A DNA stretch of 64,000 nt from Bacteroidia bacterium (GTDB lineage Bacteria; Bacteroidota; Bacteroidia; J057; JANWXU01). The notes under the pieces are model-generated. The model was given only the letters and a program-made list of their open reading frames with translations, did no database searches and had not been told where the DNA came from. The DNA lies in assembly GCA_025057395.1 (NCBI GenBank), contig JANWXU010000004.1, forward strand, positions 505-64,504. Direction: 5' to 3'. Positions within the stretch are counted from its first letter, which is position 1. Each line of letters begins with the position of its first letter. Shown here one piece after another: positions 10,453 through 20,300 of this stretch. Position numbers and translations under genes: made by a program.

Positions 10453-11379
10453 TCAAAAATTATTTTCTTTCACTCTTTGTATATATTCTACACTAACTTG
10501 AAAAACTCTAGCAATTACTTCTTCGCTCAGTCCCTCTTGCAAAGAGTGGCGAATACCTTCTATTGTAGCTTTTTCTATGCCTTCTTCAAAGCCTTCCTCA
10601 AAGCCCTTTTTAAAACCTTCTTGCCTATATAGCTCTCGATATTCTCGCTTAAGCATTTCCACTATTTCGGCCTCTAAATTTTCTTCGGCTCCTAAAACTA
10701 GTTTTACTTCTTGAACTATTTCCTCTGGATACTCTTGGTACATATCTTTCATGATTCCTAGTACAAAATACAAAAAACTTTGGATTTCCTTTCCACTTAA
10801 GTTCCATTTCTTTAGTTCCTGAATCGTCTTTTTTAACCATCCTAATTTCCATTCCTGGAGCCCCTTTTTACGCTGTTCTAGGGTTATTCTTGCTACCTGT
10901 AATACCACTGAAAATGGATTATTTTCTACATATAATTCCTCCACCGATTTATGTACAAGCTTGAAGGCATTGTACTCATATATTATCCTTGTTCCTTCAA
11001 AAGAATATACATACTTATTAGGAAAGTAATCAGGGTTTTCATCTGTAAAAATTACAAGAGAAACGATATTATGCTCAGGATATTTCTCCTTCAATCGATA
11101 AAAGTAGGTAAACATTCTTTTTGGAAAATTTGCATCTTCATAGCCTTGAATTTCGACATGTATTAGTACCAATTGTTTTTCACCATTTATGAGTGGTACC
11201 TGAGCTAAAATATCGACGTATTTTTGTTTAATAGAAGGCATTAAGGATAACAGCTCTTGATTAAGAAAATTTATGGGCTGTGTAGTATCTCTTAATTTAG
11301 CAAGCATAGGAAAAAAATAAGCAAGCACATAATGAAAATAGTGCGAAACTAAATGTTTCCAAAGTTTATCTTGGGGCAT
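10453..11379 (-). CDS. Rpn/YhgA-family PD-(D/E)XK recombination-promoting nuclease (putative transposase-like)
   Basis: 308-aa ORF. Nuclease-core-like KYVDILAQV...LVLIHVEIQGYED (D...E-x-Q). The C-terminus has the family-typical Gly/Glu-rich helix plus HTH-like tail: EGFKKGFEEGFEEGIEKATIEGIRHSLQEGLSEEVIARVFQVSVEYIQRV. Confidence 0.8.
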   Translation of the reverse strand: MPQDKLWKHLVSHYFHYVLAYFFPMLAKLRDTTQPINFLNQELLSLMPSIKQKYVDILAQVPLINGEKQLVLIHVEIQGYEDANFPKRMFTYFYRLKEKYPEHNIVSLVIFTDENPDYFPNKYVYSFEGTRIIYEYNAFKLVHKSVEELYVENNPFSVVLQVARITLEQRKKGLQEWKLGWLKKTIQELKKWNLSGKEIQSFLYFVLGIMKDMYQEYPEEIVQEVKLVLGAEENLEAEIVEMLKREYRELYRQEGFKKGFEEGFEEGIEKATIEGIRHSLQEGLSEEVIARVFQVSVEYIQRVKENNF

Positions 11380-11590
11380 ATGAATTAAAGAAAAACAAGT
11401 TTATATTTTGCGATTAGTCAAATTAAAGATGAGCTTTTGAATACCTACATTTTTTTCAACTTTATTCAAAAATAAATTTATTTTCGTTCCTCATTGCTAT
11501 CAAACTACAATTTAGCGAAGGCAAAATTTGCTAGTAAATAGTTTTGTCGGGCTTTCTTTAAAACCAACTTTGAGCCCAAACAATAATATT

Positions 11591-11598
11591 TATTTTTG
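11591..11598 (+). promoter_or_regulatory. Candidate -7 box (TATTTTTG), with a possible -33 TTTG at 11569-11572
   Basis: Matches TAnnTTTG 38 nt upstream of the ATG at 11636. A TTTG lies 18 nt upstream of the TA. Confidence 0.3.
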
Positions 11599-11635
11599 CA
11601 TAGAAGAAAATAAAATGTAAAAAATTAGGAGGAGT

Positions 11636-13828
11636 ATGCTAAGGCAACTTTTACCAAGATCGTTATTAACCCTTACTTACATAGGGCTATTTATTGCATG
11701 GTTCTGCCCCGGACATTTGCTTAGCCAATCCTCCTTGCGTGTTGATAGTCTTAAAAAAGCTCTCAAAAAAGCTAAAAAAGCCCAAGAACTTTCTTTGTAT
11801 ATTGAACTAGGACATGAACTTGCTAAAACTGATCCTGCGCAAGCCCAAAATTTAGTTACTGAAATAGCAAAATGGGCAAAAAAAGAAAAATCTTCTAAGG
11901 CTCAATTAGAAGCACGTTTACTTCAAGGTTATATCTACTATTATAAGAAAGAATATTCCAAATTCATTGCTATTTTTCGGGAACTTGAGTCTAAGGCGCA
12001 GGAGCTACTAGAGCAGCCGCGTTTAGCTCAACTTTTGCACGATGTCAGCAAAAGTTACGTTGCTATTGGCCAAAAAGAAAATGCTGCAGTTTTTCTTCAA
12101 CAAAGTCAAGAACTTTTCTCACAGCTTAACGAAGCTAAAAAATTAGCTGAAATTTCTCAGTCACTAGCCTCCATATACCTTGAACAAAATCAACTAGAAG
12201 AAGCTAAAAGTGCCGCCCTAAGCTGCTTACAAGCCGCTCAAAAAGAAGCGGATAAAAAGCTAGAAGGTACTTGTCTTCTAGAGCTAGGAAAAATTTATGC
12301 TCAAGAAGAAGATAGCCTAGAAAATGCAGTACAATGCCTACAAAAAGCAATATCGTTATCTAAAGCTTTTCCTGCCGAGGCTTTTGGCTATGAGGCAAAT
12401 ATTCGATTAGGACAAGTGTATATTCAGCAAAAAAAATACGACCAAGCTGTAGCCGCAATCCAGCAAGGATTAGAAGGAGCACAAAGTAAAAATGATATAG
12501 TCTTAAGTCGCTTGGCTTATAGCCTTCTTACTCAGGCATACGAACATCTTTATCACAAAACTTCAGAAGAGGTTCATCATCTAGAAGAGGTAAAAAAAGA
12601 AATCGAAAAAAAAAGTAGCCAAACTGTACAAGAAAAGGAAAAGGAAATAGAACAACTCTCTCAAGAAAATTTACAGAGATACACACAACTAACACAAAAA
12701 ACAACTCAGCTTTATCTCTCCATTGCGGCTATTATTCTTTTTGTTCTTTTAAGTGTATTGCTTTTTTTCAGTTATCGTGAAAAAAGACGTATCGCTAACG
12801 AGCTTAAAATTGCTAATCAGAAGATTCAACAAAAAAATATTGAATTAGAACAGAAACGAAAAGAAATTGAAAGTGCCTACCATCAAATTGCCTACCAAAA
12901 GAAAGAACTCGAAGAAGCCCATGCTCAACTACAAAATGCTTACGAAGAAATTCGTGCACAAAATGAGCAATTAGAAGAAGCAAATTCTTTAATACTAGAA
13001 CAAAATCGTGCTATTACTGAAAGCATCCAGCGTGCCCAGTGTATTCAAGAAGCTCTTCTAAGTAGCCATCATCAAATGCAAAAAGCTTTGCCCCACTCTT
13101 TTGTATTCTTTAAGCCCCAAAACATAGTAAGCGGTGATTTTTACTGGCTTGCCTTTATTAAAGACTTATTAATTATTGCGGTGGCTGATTGTACAGGGCA
13201 TGGTGTACCCGGCGCTCTACTTGCTATGCTAGGAACTTCTTTCTTAAACCGCATTATACACGAAAAAGGAATTACCCAGCCAGCCGGTATTCTCAACTGT
13301 TTAAACCTTGATTTCTTAATGAATCTCAACCAATTAACACCTGATTCTTCTTCTGATGACGGTATGGAAATAGCTCTTTGCACCATCGATACCTATAACT
13401 GTACTCTTACTTTTGCCGGAGCCAAAAGACCACTTTTTATCGTACGAAATAATTCTTTGTTAGAATACAAGAATAACAATTTTTCTATTGGTAGAGAAAC
13501 ACTCGATTCTGTTAAGCTTCAAAAACTTAATACTGGTATTTCGGTTAATGTTTTAGGAAATAATTACCAAGTGCATAATTTTAAGGAAGACCAGATCCCT
13601 ATTGAACCCGGAGATATGCTATATCTCTTTTCTGATGGTTTTGTAGATCAAAAAAGACCAGGTAAGGGCGATACTCGCTATAAAACCAATCGTTTTAAGC
13701 AATTTTTGGTTAGCATTGCTTCTAAAAGCACTTCTGAGCAACTACGCCTAATAGAACAAGAGTTCGAAAATTTTCGAGGAGAGCATAAACAGGTGGATGA
13801 TGTCTTGGTAATGGGCCTTCGAATTTAA
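11636..13828 (+). CDS. Membrane-anchored TPR sensor fused to a SpoIIE/PP2C-family serine phosphatase
   Basis: 730 aa. Order: N-terminal hydrophobic segment, TPR-like helical repeats, TM segment (LYLSIAAIILFVLLSVLLFF), long coiled coil, then the PP2C core SGDFYW...VADCTGHGVPGALLAMLG...SDGFVDQ...DDVLVMGLRI. Confidence 0.85.
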   Translation: MLRQLLPRSLLTLTYIGLFIAWFCPGHLLSQSSLRVDSLKKALKKAKKAQELSLYIELGHELAKTDPAQAQNLVTEIAKWAKKEKSSKAQLEARLLQGYIYYYKKEYSKFIAIFRELESKAQELLEQPRLAQLLHDVSKSYVAIGQKENAAVFLQQSQELFSQLNEAKKLAEISQSLASIYLEQNQLEEAKSAALSCLQAAQKEADKKLEGTCLLELGKIYAQEEDSLENAVQCLQKAISLSKAFPAEAFGYEANIRLGQVYIQQKKYDQAVAAIQQGLEGAQSKNDIVLSRLAYSLLTQAYEHLYHKTSEEVHHLEEVKKEIEKKSSQTVQEKEKEIEQLSQENLQRYTQLTQKTTQLYLSIAAIILFVLLSVLLFFSYREKRRIANELKIANQKIQQKNIELEQKRKEIESAYHQIAYQKKELEEAHAQLQNAYEEIRAQNEQLEEANSLILEQNRAITESIQRAQCIQEALLSSHHQMQKALPHSFVFFKPQNIVSGDFYWLAFIKDLLIIAVADCTGHGVPGALLAMLGTSFLNRIIHEKGITQPAGILNCLNLDFLMNLNQLTPDSSSDDGMEIALCTIDTYNCTLTFAGAKRPLFIVRNNSLLEYKNNNFSIGRETLDSVKLQKLNTGISVNVLGNNYQVHNFKEDQIPIEPGDMLYLFSDGFVDQKRPGKGDTRYKTNRFKQFLVSIASKSTSEQLRLIEQEFENFRGEHKQVDDVLVMGLRI

Positions 13829-13830
13829 GT

Positions 13831-15531
13831 ATGGGCAATTTTTTCCTTTTGTCTAAAAAAAGAAAAGCAGTAAAGAGATGGGTCGTTGGTATTTGGAGTT
13901 ATTTTGTTTTTATCAATATTGTAATTGCCCAAGTGTCAACGATAAATGATATTTTATATCAGCGAGGTCCTTTTAGCCGCAAAGACAGCTTACGGGGTGC
14001 ACTTACTCTTTTGCGTAGTTGCTATGACGTATTGTTTTACGATTTATTTGTCAAAGTGAATATTCCTGAGCAAAGTATTAGTGGTAGTAATACAATCATT
14101 TACAAAGTAATTACTGAATTTGAACGCATACAAATTGATTTATTTAGCCAATTAGAAATCGATAGTATTTTATACCATCATCAAAAACTTCTTTTTACAA
14201 GAGAACACAACGCCGTATTTATTCAATTTCCTTTTTCGCAAGTTACTGGAATAATAGATACTTTTACAGTATACTATCATGGTAAGCCGAATGTAGCGCA
14301 AAACCCCCCTTGGCAAGGAGGCTTTATTTGGGAAAAAGATAAAAATGGAAGGCCCTGGGTAGGAGTAGCTTGCCAAGGACATGGGGCTTCTTCTTGGTGG
14401 CCGCTCAAAGACCATCTTTCCGATGAGCCCGATAACGGAATGCGTATTACTATTAATGTACCCCAATCTCTTATGTGTGTTTCGAATGGAGTATTAGTAG
14501 GCCAAGAAGACTATGAAGATGGTACTACTAGCTTTGAATGGAGAGTACATGCTCCTATCAATAGCTATAATGTTACACTTAATATTGGAGATTACGTACA
14601 TTTCAGCGATACTCTTCAGGGAGTATTGGGTATATTACATTTAGACTTTTATGTTTTATCCTATCACCTAGAAAAGGCTAAAAAACACTTTGCTCAAGTA
14701 AAGCCTCTACTTCATTGCTTTGAAAAATATTTAGGTCCATATCCTTTTTATGAAGATGGCTATGCACTAGTAGAAACCCCTTACTGGGGAATGGAGCATC
14801 AGGGTGCAATTGCGTATGGAAATGAATTCAAAAACAATAATTTTGGTTTTGACTTTATTATTGTGCACGAAAGCGGTCATGAGTGGTTTGGTAACCACAT
14901 TAGTATTGGAGATAATGCAGATTTATGGGTACACGAGGCTTTTACTACCTATGCCGAAGCTATTTATGTGGAATGTGTGCATGGTAAAGAAAAGGCATTA
15001 GAGTACTTGCAAACACAGCGTAAAAAAATCAATAATCAAGCTGCCATCCAGGGACCCTATGAAGTAAATTTTGATGCTTGGCCAGATGCAGATATGTACT
15101 ACAAGGGTAGTTGGATGTTACATACCCTACGTACTATCATTGCAGATGATGCCCTATGGTGGCGAGCACTTCGCAAAATGTACGATGTTTTTCGAGGAGG
15201 CAATGTCAAAGGGCAACGAGTTCGTTTATGGTTTAGTCAGTTCTTTAATATTGAGCTTAGTTCTTTTTTTTCCCAGTATCTTGATTTTCGAGAAATTCCT
15301 ATTTTAGAATATCGCTTGCAAAAAAAAGCTAATGGAGACTACACTTTTAGTTTTCGCTTTCAAGCCCAGGCCCCCAATTTTCAAATGCCTATCGATGTTC
15401 TCTTAAATGGAGAAAAAAAGCGCTTTTGGGCTACTACCGAATGGCAAGCTCAAAACCTTTCGTTAACATCAGAAAAAGATTTTACTATCGATACAGAAAA
15501 TTATTTAATTCTTACCCAAAAGCTTAAATAA
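13831..15531 (+). CDS. Exported M1-family zinc metallopeptidase (aminopeptidase N-like)
   Basis: 566 aa. Signal-anchor [18 protein letters not shown]. Zinc motif [11 protein letters not shown] followed by [12 protein letters not shown] (HEXXH-X18-E). Start lies 2 nt after the stop of the PP2C gene. Confidence 0.9.
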   Translation: MGNFFLLSKKRKAVKRWVVGIWSYFVFINIVIAQVSTINDILYQRGPFSRKDSLRGALTLLRSCYDVLFYDLFVKVNIPEQSISGSNTIIYKVITEFERIQIDLFSQLEIDSILYHHQKLLFTREHNAVFIQFPFSQVTGIIDTFTVYYHGKPNVAQNPPWQGGFIWEKDKNGRPWVGVACQGHGASSWWPLKDHLSDEPDNGMRITINVPQSLMCVSNGVLVGQEDYEDGTTSFEWRVHAPINSYNVTLNIGDYVHFSDTLQGVLGILHLDFYVLSYHLEKAKKHFAQVKPLLHCFEKYLGPYPFYEDGYALVETPYWGMEHQGAIAYGNEFKNNNFGFDFIIVHESGHEWFGNHISIGDNADLWVHEAFTTYAEAIYVECVHGKEKALEYLQTQRKKINNQAAIQGPYEVNFDAWPDADMYYKGSWMLHTLRTIIADDALWWRALRKMYDVFRGGNVKGQRVRLWFSQFFNIELSSFFSQYLDFREIPILEYRLQKKANGDYTFSFRFQAQAPNFQMPIDVLLNGEKKRFWATTEWQAQNLSLTSEKDFTIDTENYLILTQKLK

Positions 15532-15538
15532 ATATTTA

Positions 15539-16194
15539 ATGCTAGTTGGCAAAAACTTACAAAAATCTTATAATCAAGTCCAAGTACTAAAGGGGGTTAA
15601 TTTAGAACTCAAGGCAGGAGAGGTAGTGGCGCTTATTGGTGCTTCGGGTGCAGGAAAAACCACATTATTACAAATCTTGGGATTGCTCGATAAAGCTGAT
15701 GCTGGCGAAATTTGGTTTGGTAATGAATTGCTTACACAACTTAATGAAAAAAAAAAGCCCAGTGGCGAAATCAAAAATTAGGTTTTGTCTTTCAATTTCA
15801 TCATTTAATTGCGGAACTTAACGCTCTAGAAAATGTACTCTTACCTACTTACATAGCAGGCAAACTAGATAGAGCTGCTCAAGAACGAGCTAAGCACCTA
15901 TTAGAAAGAGTACAATTAGGGCACCGCCTACATCATAAACCGGCAGCCTTATCAGGGGGTGAGCAGCAAAGAGTTGCAATTGCTCGCGCTCTAATGAATC
16001 AGCCTTTTTTAGTACTCGCAGACGAGCCTACAGGTAACTTAGATTCTGAAAATAGCCGTCAAGTATACCTACTCTTTCGTGAGCTCTCTATCGAACAGGG
16101 CACCACTTTTTTTATAGCCACACATAATGCAGAACTTGCTAGCGCCGCTGATCGCTGCCTTTTTATCAAGGATGGAATTTTACAAGAAAAATGA
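15539..16194 (+). pseudogene. lolD: LolD-type ABC transporter ATP-binding gene interrupted by one frameshift in an A10 homopolymer (15747-15756)
   Basis: Frame 2 gives [11 protein letters not shown]...[15 protein letters not shown] (Walker A) and stops at 15779-15781. From 15757, frame 1 reads [27 protein letters not shown]...LSGGEQQRVAIARAL...LVLADEPTGNLD...ATHN through to the stop at 16194 with no further stops. Eleven or eight A residues would restore a single 218-219 aa (11 or 8 A) ORF. Confidence 0.8.
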
Positions 16195-16283
16195 AAAGAT
16201 TTTATTATTTTGTTATATTTCGATTTCATTAGTATGGGCATTTAGTTTAGCTTGCTCATTAGCTTTTCATTATACTATCATTT

Positions 16284-17318
16284 ATGAAGTTAATACCTAA
16301 ATTTTTTACTCTAGTTTTTTTATTTTTTTCAAAAGGTACTTTCTTATTTTTTCTGAATCCAACTCTTTTTGCCCAACAAGACCCCCAATTTACCACCCAT
16401 TCGTATGTACCTAATAGCTACAATCCTGCCGCCATAGGCTTAAATAATGGTATTCAGTTAAGCTTTAGTGGCAGAAGTCAATGGGTAGGTATAGAAGGAC
16501 AGCCTGCCTCCGCTCTCCTAACAGCTCATCTTCCTATAACTAAGTTTATGAGTGCCTTAGGGCTGCATTTACTTACAGATCGCATAGGTATATTTAGTGC
16601 AAATTCGCTTCAAATAAACTATGCTTTTAGTTTACCTCTAGGTAAAAAGGATAGATATTTACAATTGGGCATAAGTCCTATGTTACTTTTTCGGAATATG
16701 GATGCTACACAATTTCGCTCCATATACGAGCTTCCGCCTAACCCCTTAGTAAGTCAAATTTTAGGTCGTCAATTATATGCTAATGCTTGGGATGCTAGTG
16801 TGGGAATCTTTTATTTCCGCCAAACTAAAAATTTACCTTTATTAGGGCCTCGGTATGCTTTAGGCGCCGCCATTAATCATGTTTTACAGCCTACTCTAAG
16901 TGAATGGGGAAATACTTTTACCCTAGGACGTACCTTCTATCTACATGCTCATTATCGATACGATATTTCTTCTCAGCTCATTTCTCTTTTATCTTCTTTG
17001 CAATATAAGCAGAATGGCGCGCAAAAACAGCTTGAACTGCATTGTGAGGTTGCCTATCGACCTTTGCTTTGGGGCATTGGTTATCGCGGAGCTACCAATG
17101 CAGATGCTCTTCTTGCAAAAATAGGTTTCTTATTACAAAATTTTCTTTTCATATATAGTTACGATTATACTCTTTCTGCGCTTGTAGCAGCTACCAGCGG
17201 TTCGCACGAAATTACTTTATGCTATTTTATACCTTTGCAAGAAAAGGGCATAAAAGTAAAAAAAGAAAAACAAGTACCTGATATTGATACAAAAGATTTT
17301 CCTCAACTTTCTAAATAA
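16284..17318 (+). CDS. PorP/SprF-family T9SS outer-membrane protein
   Basis: 344 aa. Signal peptide followed by the family-typical AQQDPQFTTHSYVPNSYNPAAIG...SGRSQWVGIEGQPASA. Sits immediately upstream of a gene for a type B sorting-domain protein. Confidence 0.85.
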   Translation: MKLIPKFFTLVFLFFSKGTFLFFLNPTLFAQQDPQFTTHSYVPNSYNPAAIGLNNGIQLSFSGRSQWVGIEGQPASALLTAHLPITKFMSALGLHLLTDRIGIFSANSLQINYAFSLPLGKKDRYLQLGISPMLLFRNMDATQFRSIYELPPNPLVSQILGRQLYANAWDASVGIFYFRQTKNLPLLGPRYALGAAINHVLQPTLSEWGNTFTLGRTFYLHAHYRYDISSQLISLLSSLQYKQNGAQKQLELHCEVAYRPLLWGIGYRGATNADALLAKIGFLLQNFLFIYSYDYTLSALVAATSGSHEITLCYFIPLQEKGIKVKKEKQVPDIDTKDFPQLSK

Positions 17319-17325
17319 GATTCTT

Positions 17326-20300
17326 ATGCTTGGTACCTCTTATTTGTATCCAAATATAGTGTGTTTTAACTTTTTATACTTTATTATCATTACCTCTATA
17401 TTTGCCGCAACTTATACGGTAAATAACACTTCGGATTTTATAACTGGCGGTGGTACCCAAGGAACATTACGCTATTGCCTATTACAGGCTAGAACAGGAG
17501 ATATTATTGAATTTGCTCCTACGATTACTGAAATTTTTATCACAAGTCCTTTGCCCCCCATTACCCAAAGTATCGCTATACAAGGCGGTACTAGCGATGG
17601 TACTTTAGATTGTCCACGCCTTGTTACCCTTAACGGCAACGGACTAAATGCAATAGGTCTAGAATTGCAAGCAAATAATATTCGTATATACAATCTGCGA
17701 ATTATCAACTTTGCTCAAAGTGGTATTAAAATACAAAATGCTTCTAATTGCTTAATTAGTAATTGCGTTATTGCTGGAAATGCGCAATACCAAATTTGGC
17801 TTCAAAATGCCCCTAATACCCGAATCCAAGGCAATAAAATTGGTATAACTTGCGATGCCCAAAACTGCCACACTTTTATAAACCCCACTTGGAATTGTAA
17901 TCCTAACCCTACTGCTAGCCAAAGCCTAAATCGTAGCGGTATTTATATAGAAAATTCTAATAGTTTTATTATTGATAGTGCAAATATTATTGGGTGTAGT
18001 TGTCACTGCGGTATTGAAATTTTTAATTCTAGTCTGGGTATTATTCAGGATAATCAAATAGGCTACAATGCACGTGGCAATATAGGAAACCGCTTTCACG
18101 CTATTCGTATACGTGGCGATAGTCAAAATAATCGAATTCTTGGTAATACTATTGCCTATAGCGATAACTTAGATAGAAGTCTTTCAATAGCAAGCAACGG
18201 TATTGATTTACTAGGAGCGAACACTAAGTATAATACTATTCAAAGTAATTCTATTTTTTGCAATAGTGGTAAAGGCATTCAAATTCGCAATGGCTTGCCT
18301 AGTTTGAATGCAAATGAAATGATACAAGAACCAGAAATTATTTCTGCTTATTATTGTCCTGATGGCTCCAACTTAGTAGAAGGGGCAGCTTACCAACCTA
18401 ATGTACAAATTGAAATTTTTCAAAGCCTTCCTTCCTGTAATTGTGCTGGCTGGCGTTCTTTAGGAACAGTACGCTCTGCTACTACTCCTATACCTGGCTC
18501 CAACCCTCCTAAATACCCCTGGGTATTTAACGAATTAAATAAACTTGATTTTACCCTACTTCCTTTACAAATTACAGCCACAGCTACTGATGCAAATGGT
18601 AATACTTCAGAGTTTGCCCTTTGCCAGGTTGTATGTACCCTCAGTTTAAAACCCGGCTTGCAAGATACTTTGTTTTGCCAAAATCTCGAGTCTTTTGTGT
18701 ATGATATTACACCGTTTATTCAAACCTCGCTTAGCTATCGAGTGAGCTGGAAAAGAATCCGCGATGAAAATAACCTACCCGTTAACGAAGAAGATACAGT
18801 TGCCAATGCTAACCGCTTTACTTCTCGAAAACTAGGTACTTGGAGAATTAATGTCTTGGGGTGTAATGGCAATTGTCGGATAGAAAAAGAGATTCGAGTT
18901 TGTAATTCTCCACGGCCACAAATGCATTTACCTATCAATAATATCACCCCTCTTCCTGTTAATTACCAGGCGCAAGAAACAACTTATAATATTTCTATTT
19001 GTGAGCCTACTCGTTTAGTGCTACAATGCATAGGCGAAAGAGATAAATGTAAACAGCAGGTTGGGGGCTGTCATCGACCCTACAATTACACTTGGCTTCG
19101 TTATAGCAAAAGACAAACGCCTGCTGCTCAAATACTTACTATCAATGATTCTTCTGCAAGAGGGGGGCAATTGCAGGATTTTGCCTTTTTAGAAATAAAT
19201 CCTAAGCTATGTGGAAGAAATAGTATCGATACTTTTTTACTTCAGGCACGTAATAGCCAAGGATGCTTAAGCCAAACTACTTTAATTATACAAAGAAATT
19301 GCCGGCCCCAATTCACTTTAGGTAGCCGCCGCCAGGAATCTTGTCAAAGCCTTACTCTTCGCGCTACGCCTATGGGTACTATTGGAATTCCTGCCAATTC
19401 TTCCTTCGAATGGTTTTTGAATGGTCAGCCCCAACCTCCAGGTGCTGATCCTACTTCTTTAACCCTTACTGGTCCTATAATTAATGGACAAGTAATTTGT
19501 AAAATTACCACTCCTCAAGGATGCCAAGCAAGTGATACTGTGCAAATCAATATTAAGCCTGCGCCTCAATTACCTAATTTTCAAGATATTTTAAGTTGTA
19601 AAGACGTGGTTTTGTTTGTGGATGCGGAGCCACAGGTTTCTTATCTTTGGCAAGCGCCACCCTTGCCTAATAAAAGAGGAAATTATTTTGAAATTCAACA
19701 GCAAAGTACTTTAGTAGAGGTAAGGGTAAAGCTAATAGCAGAAAATGTACTAGGCTGTATAACAGAGAGGGAGTTCTTAGTTCGTATTGCGCCCGGGTTT
19801 CGAAATTGCCCTTTGCCTAGTACTTTTACTCTTTGTCCTAGTCAAAAGCAAACAATTATTGCAGAACGTCCTAATTGGGTAACTTCAGCAATGCGCTACA
19901 GTTGGCGCATAGGCAACCAAATTATTGGAACAGAGCAAGCGATTACTCTTACTAACGATGCGCCTCAACTTCCTACTCCTAGAGGCCTGCGCTTTGGAGA
20001 AAATACAATTGTATTACAATTAGAAGAACCCAGCTTTGGTTGTAGTCTAAGCTGTACTCTACGGGCAAATATTTCACCAGAAGTAGTTTTACAGCCTTTA
20101 CGTCCTCAAACTGTTTGTGAAGGAAAGACTTTGCGTTATCAAGCTCTTCCACCTTGTACCGAACCTTGCAAACATACATGGATACGTTTACCTTTGGGTA
20201 ATGAAATTGGTAATGGCTCCTCGATAGAAATTAATGATGTAAAGCTTAATGAAAATGGCCAGCGCTTACGTCTTATTCGTACCAATACCTATGGCTGTAG

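Noticed and set aside
15574-15821. ORFs at 15574-15774 (minus) and 15636-15821 (plus) within the lolD region
   Set aside because: Neither frame carries ABC ATPase motifs. The two motif-bearing frames are accounted for by the single A10 frameshift.
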